Below the pieces are notes generated by a model that saw only the letters and a program-made list of their open reading frames with translations, made no database searches and had not been told where the DNA came from. This document shows, one piece after another, positions 61,728 to 64,000 of a stretch of DNA of 64,000 nt (positions are counted from its first letter, which is position 1; each line of letters begins with the position of its first letter). The stretch comes from Ignavibacteriota bacterium (GTDB taxonomy: Bacteria; Bacteroidota; Ignavibacteria; UBA10030). A program made the position numbers and the translations under genes. Location: positions 608,001 through 672,000 of the forward strand of contig CAVSHO010000009.1 in the NCBI GenBank assembly GCA_963727825.1, given 5' to 3'.

Positions 61728-64000
61728 CTATTGAGGTAAATAATGAAGCAATTTTAGGAGGTCGGAAAAAACACCCATAGCTGTAACATCCGCACCTGCA
61801 CCTGGACCTTGCACAACTAACGGTGTCTTTGAATATCGTTGTGTTGTAAACGCAATAATATTATCGCTTCCCTTAGTGGAGGCAAGCATATGATTTGCCG
61901 GAACTTCTATGACTCCGGCCGAGCCTTTGCCATCCTTGAGGATAGCAACATATCGAAGGACATTACCGTGTACTCGAGCCTTCTCAAGCCGACGTTTCAT
62001 AATATTATCATACTTGGAGTATTCTTGGAAAAAGCTCTTAGAAAATGCTCCACCTTGCAAAGGCTTAGGGACTAGATTCTCAATCTTGATGTGGTGGAGG
62101 TCCATTTTTAGACCTATCTGACGGGCAAGAATCAAAAGCTTTCTATGAACATCGGTCCCGGACAAATCTTCTCGTGGATCCGGCTCGGTATAACAAAGTT
62201 TGAGTGCTTCTTCAACGAGTGCACTGAATGGACGTGAGCCGTCATAAGAATTAAACAGATGACTTAGTGTACCAGAGAATATACCTTCAATTTTTACAAT
62301 TTGATCGCCGCTTACGATTAAATCGTTCAATGTTGAGATAATTGGTAAACCCGCACCGACGTTTGTCTCAAACAAGAAATATTTTTGCCGCTTTTTCAGT
62401 AACTCCGTTAACCGTGTATATCGATTCCAGGGAAGAACGTTCGCTCTTTTATTCGGTGTGATAATGTGCATATTGAGATTTACGAAGTTTTCATACAAAT
62501 CAACAATTTCCGAGCTTGCGGTGCAATCAACAAGTACTGCGTTGGTGAGATGCAAATTTGAAATTTGTTTTAATAGTTCAGAATAACTTATGCGTGCAGA
62601 AGAACTGTCGATTAATTCTTTCCACTTCTTTAAATTGATTCCTTTAGAAGAAAAGACGGCTTTTCCAATATCAAAGATTCCGTTTACTCTGACATCATAT
62701 CCTAACGTACGAAGATACTGCTGTTGTTGTTGTATCTGCTTCAGGAATGTCCCTCCAATATTTCCCGGTCCGATCAAAATGATACCGAGCTTCTTCATTG
62801 GTTCAAAGAACGCTTCATGGATAACGTTTAATGCCAGGAGCTTCTGTGCTTCGTCGATGACGAAAGAAATGTTTCGTTCAGAGGCTCCTTGAGCAATCGC
62901 AGAAATATTGACGCTGTTTCGTCCAAGTGCCTGAAATACTTTTCCCGACACGCCCGGTGTCCCTTTCATACCATCGCCGACAATTGCAACAATTGTCTGA
63001 CATGGTTTTTCGTCCAACGACGTTAATTTGGATTGAAGCTCAAAATGAAATTCTTGATGCACCGCTTTTTTTGCTGCGGCGGAATCCGACGTACTGATAG
63101 CAAAGCAAATAGTATGTTCAGATGATGCCTGAGAAATCAAAATAACATTGACCCTGTGAGATGCAAGCGCCCTGAATAATCGCTCTGCGATTCCGGGAAC
63201 TCCCACCATACTCATGCCTCGTAATGTAAGAAGCGTGCAATCGTCAACCGAAGTGATTCCTTTAGCTACTCCTTCCCAGCGGTTCACATGATGTGAGATG
63301 TGTGTACCCGTTGCCGCAGGATTCAGTGTATTCTTGATGTCGATAGGAATATGTTTTGCCACTGCAGGGGCAATAGTTGAAGCATGTAGAACCTTTGCAC
63401 CAAAATAGGAAAGCTCCATTGCTTCTTCATACGACATCTGCGGTACGACAAATGCTGCTGGAACACAATTCGGATCCGCACTCAGAATTCCATCGACATC
63501 TGTCCATATTTCAATTAATGATACATCCAACGCTGCACCGAAAATTGCTGCAGAATAATCTGATCCATTTCTTCCGATAGTGGTGGTAAGACCGTCGTCG
63601 GTTGAACCGATGAATCCGGTAACAACTGGAATAAGCCGTTTGCTAGAATGCTCAAAAAGTTTTTTGAAATACGCTTTGATTGCGCGGTTAGTTTTATCAA
63701 ATTGAACGGCTGCGCGCATGAATTGATCATCGGTCTTTACTATATCACGCGAATCGACGAAGCACGACGATTGTGATTGTTGGAGAAATGAAGCGATGAT
63801 TAATGCTGAAAGTCGTTCGCCAAAACTTGCCGTCAAATCAAGTGCGCGCGGAGAACTATGACGAAGCAAATAAATTCCATGAAGAGTATCCCAAAGTTCA
63901 GTGAGCATTGTTTGGAGATTTGCTTCAACATGCTTCTGCGAACGATTGTTATGGAGAACCCTCAACGCTGCGATATGGCGTTGAACAAGTGATTTGTACA
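61728..64000 (-). CDS. thrA: Bifunctional aspartate kinase/homoserine dehydrogenase, 5' end off the window
   Basis: TTIGRNGSDYSA, WTDVDG, two ACT domains, GPGNIG, ETNVGAGLP, EPDPREDLSG, GPGAG; frame open to the window edge. Confidence 0.95.
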   Translation of the reverse strand, partial: YKSLVQRHIAALRVLHNNRSQKHVEANLQTMLTELWDTLHGIYLLRHSSPRALDLTASFGERLSALIIASFLQQSQSSCFVDSRDIVKTDDQFMRAAVQFDKTNRAIKAYFKKLFEHSSKRLIPVVTGFIGSTDDGLTTTIGRNGSDYSAAIFGAALDVSLIEIWTDVDGILSADPNCVPAAFVVPQMSYEEAMELSYFGAKVLHASTIAPAVAKHIPIDIKNTLNPAATGTHISHHVNRWEGVAKGITSVDDCTLLTLRGMSMVGVPGIAERLFRALASHRVNVILISQASSEHTICFAISTSDSAAAKKAVHQEFHFELQSKLTSLDEKPCQTIVAIVGDGMKGTPGVSGKVFQALGRNSVNISAIAQGASERNISFVIDEAQKLLALNVIHEAFFEPMKKLGIILIGPGNIGGTFLKQIQQQQQYLRTLGYDVRVNGIFDIGKAVFSSKGINLKKWKELIDSSSARISYSELLKQISNLHLTNAVLVDCTASSEIVDLYENFVNLNMHIITPNKRANVLPWNRYTRLTELLKKRQKYFLFETNVGAGLPIISTLNDLIVSGDQIVKIEGIFSGTLSHLFNSYDGSRPFSALVEEALKLCYTEPDPREDLSGTDVHRKLLILARQIGLKMDLHHIKIENLVPKPLQGGAFSKSFFQEYSKYDNIMKRRLEKARVHGNVLRYVAILKDGKGSAGVIEVPANHMLASTKGSDNIIAFTTQRYSKTPLVVQGPGAGADVTAMGVFSDLLKLLHYLPQ

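Overview
A 64 kb window from a moderately AT-rich bacterial chromosome. Gene content suggests an Ignavibacteria/Bacteroidota-type organism (inference). From left to right it holds: (i) an AmmeMemoRadiSam locus (Memo-AMMECR1 fusion, radical SAM, membrane-fused spermidine-synthase-like gene) whose proteins carry export-like N-termini; (ii) a compact four-gene module (small exported protein ending in CPPWC, 7-TM membrane protein, sensor-less histidine kinase, NarL/LuxR regulator) with phased TGTCGT/ACGACA boxes upstream, the best candidate for an undescribed peptide-signalling system; (iii) a decaying array of integron-like attC sites and cassettes with no integrase in the window; (iv) lipid, envelope and housekeeping genes, a degenerate SF1 helicase and a LonC-like protease; (v) a large respiratory block (cydAB facing an alternative complex III plus A2-type heme-copper oxidase operon); (vi) tRNA-Val, a MarR redox-stress cluster and a thrA-apgM-like-lysE-thrC operon. 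Seven single-base frameshifts interrupt conserved genes and are most likely assembly errors. All calls come from manual motif reading; no searches were run.
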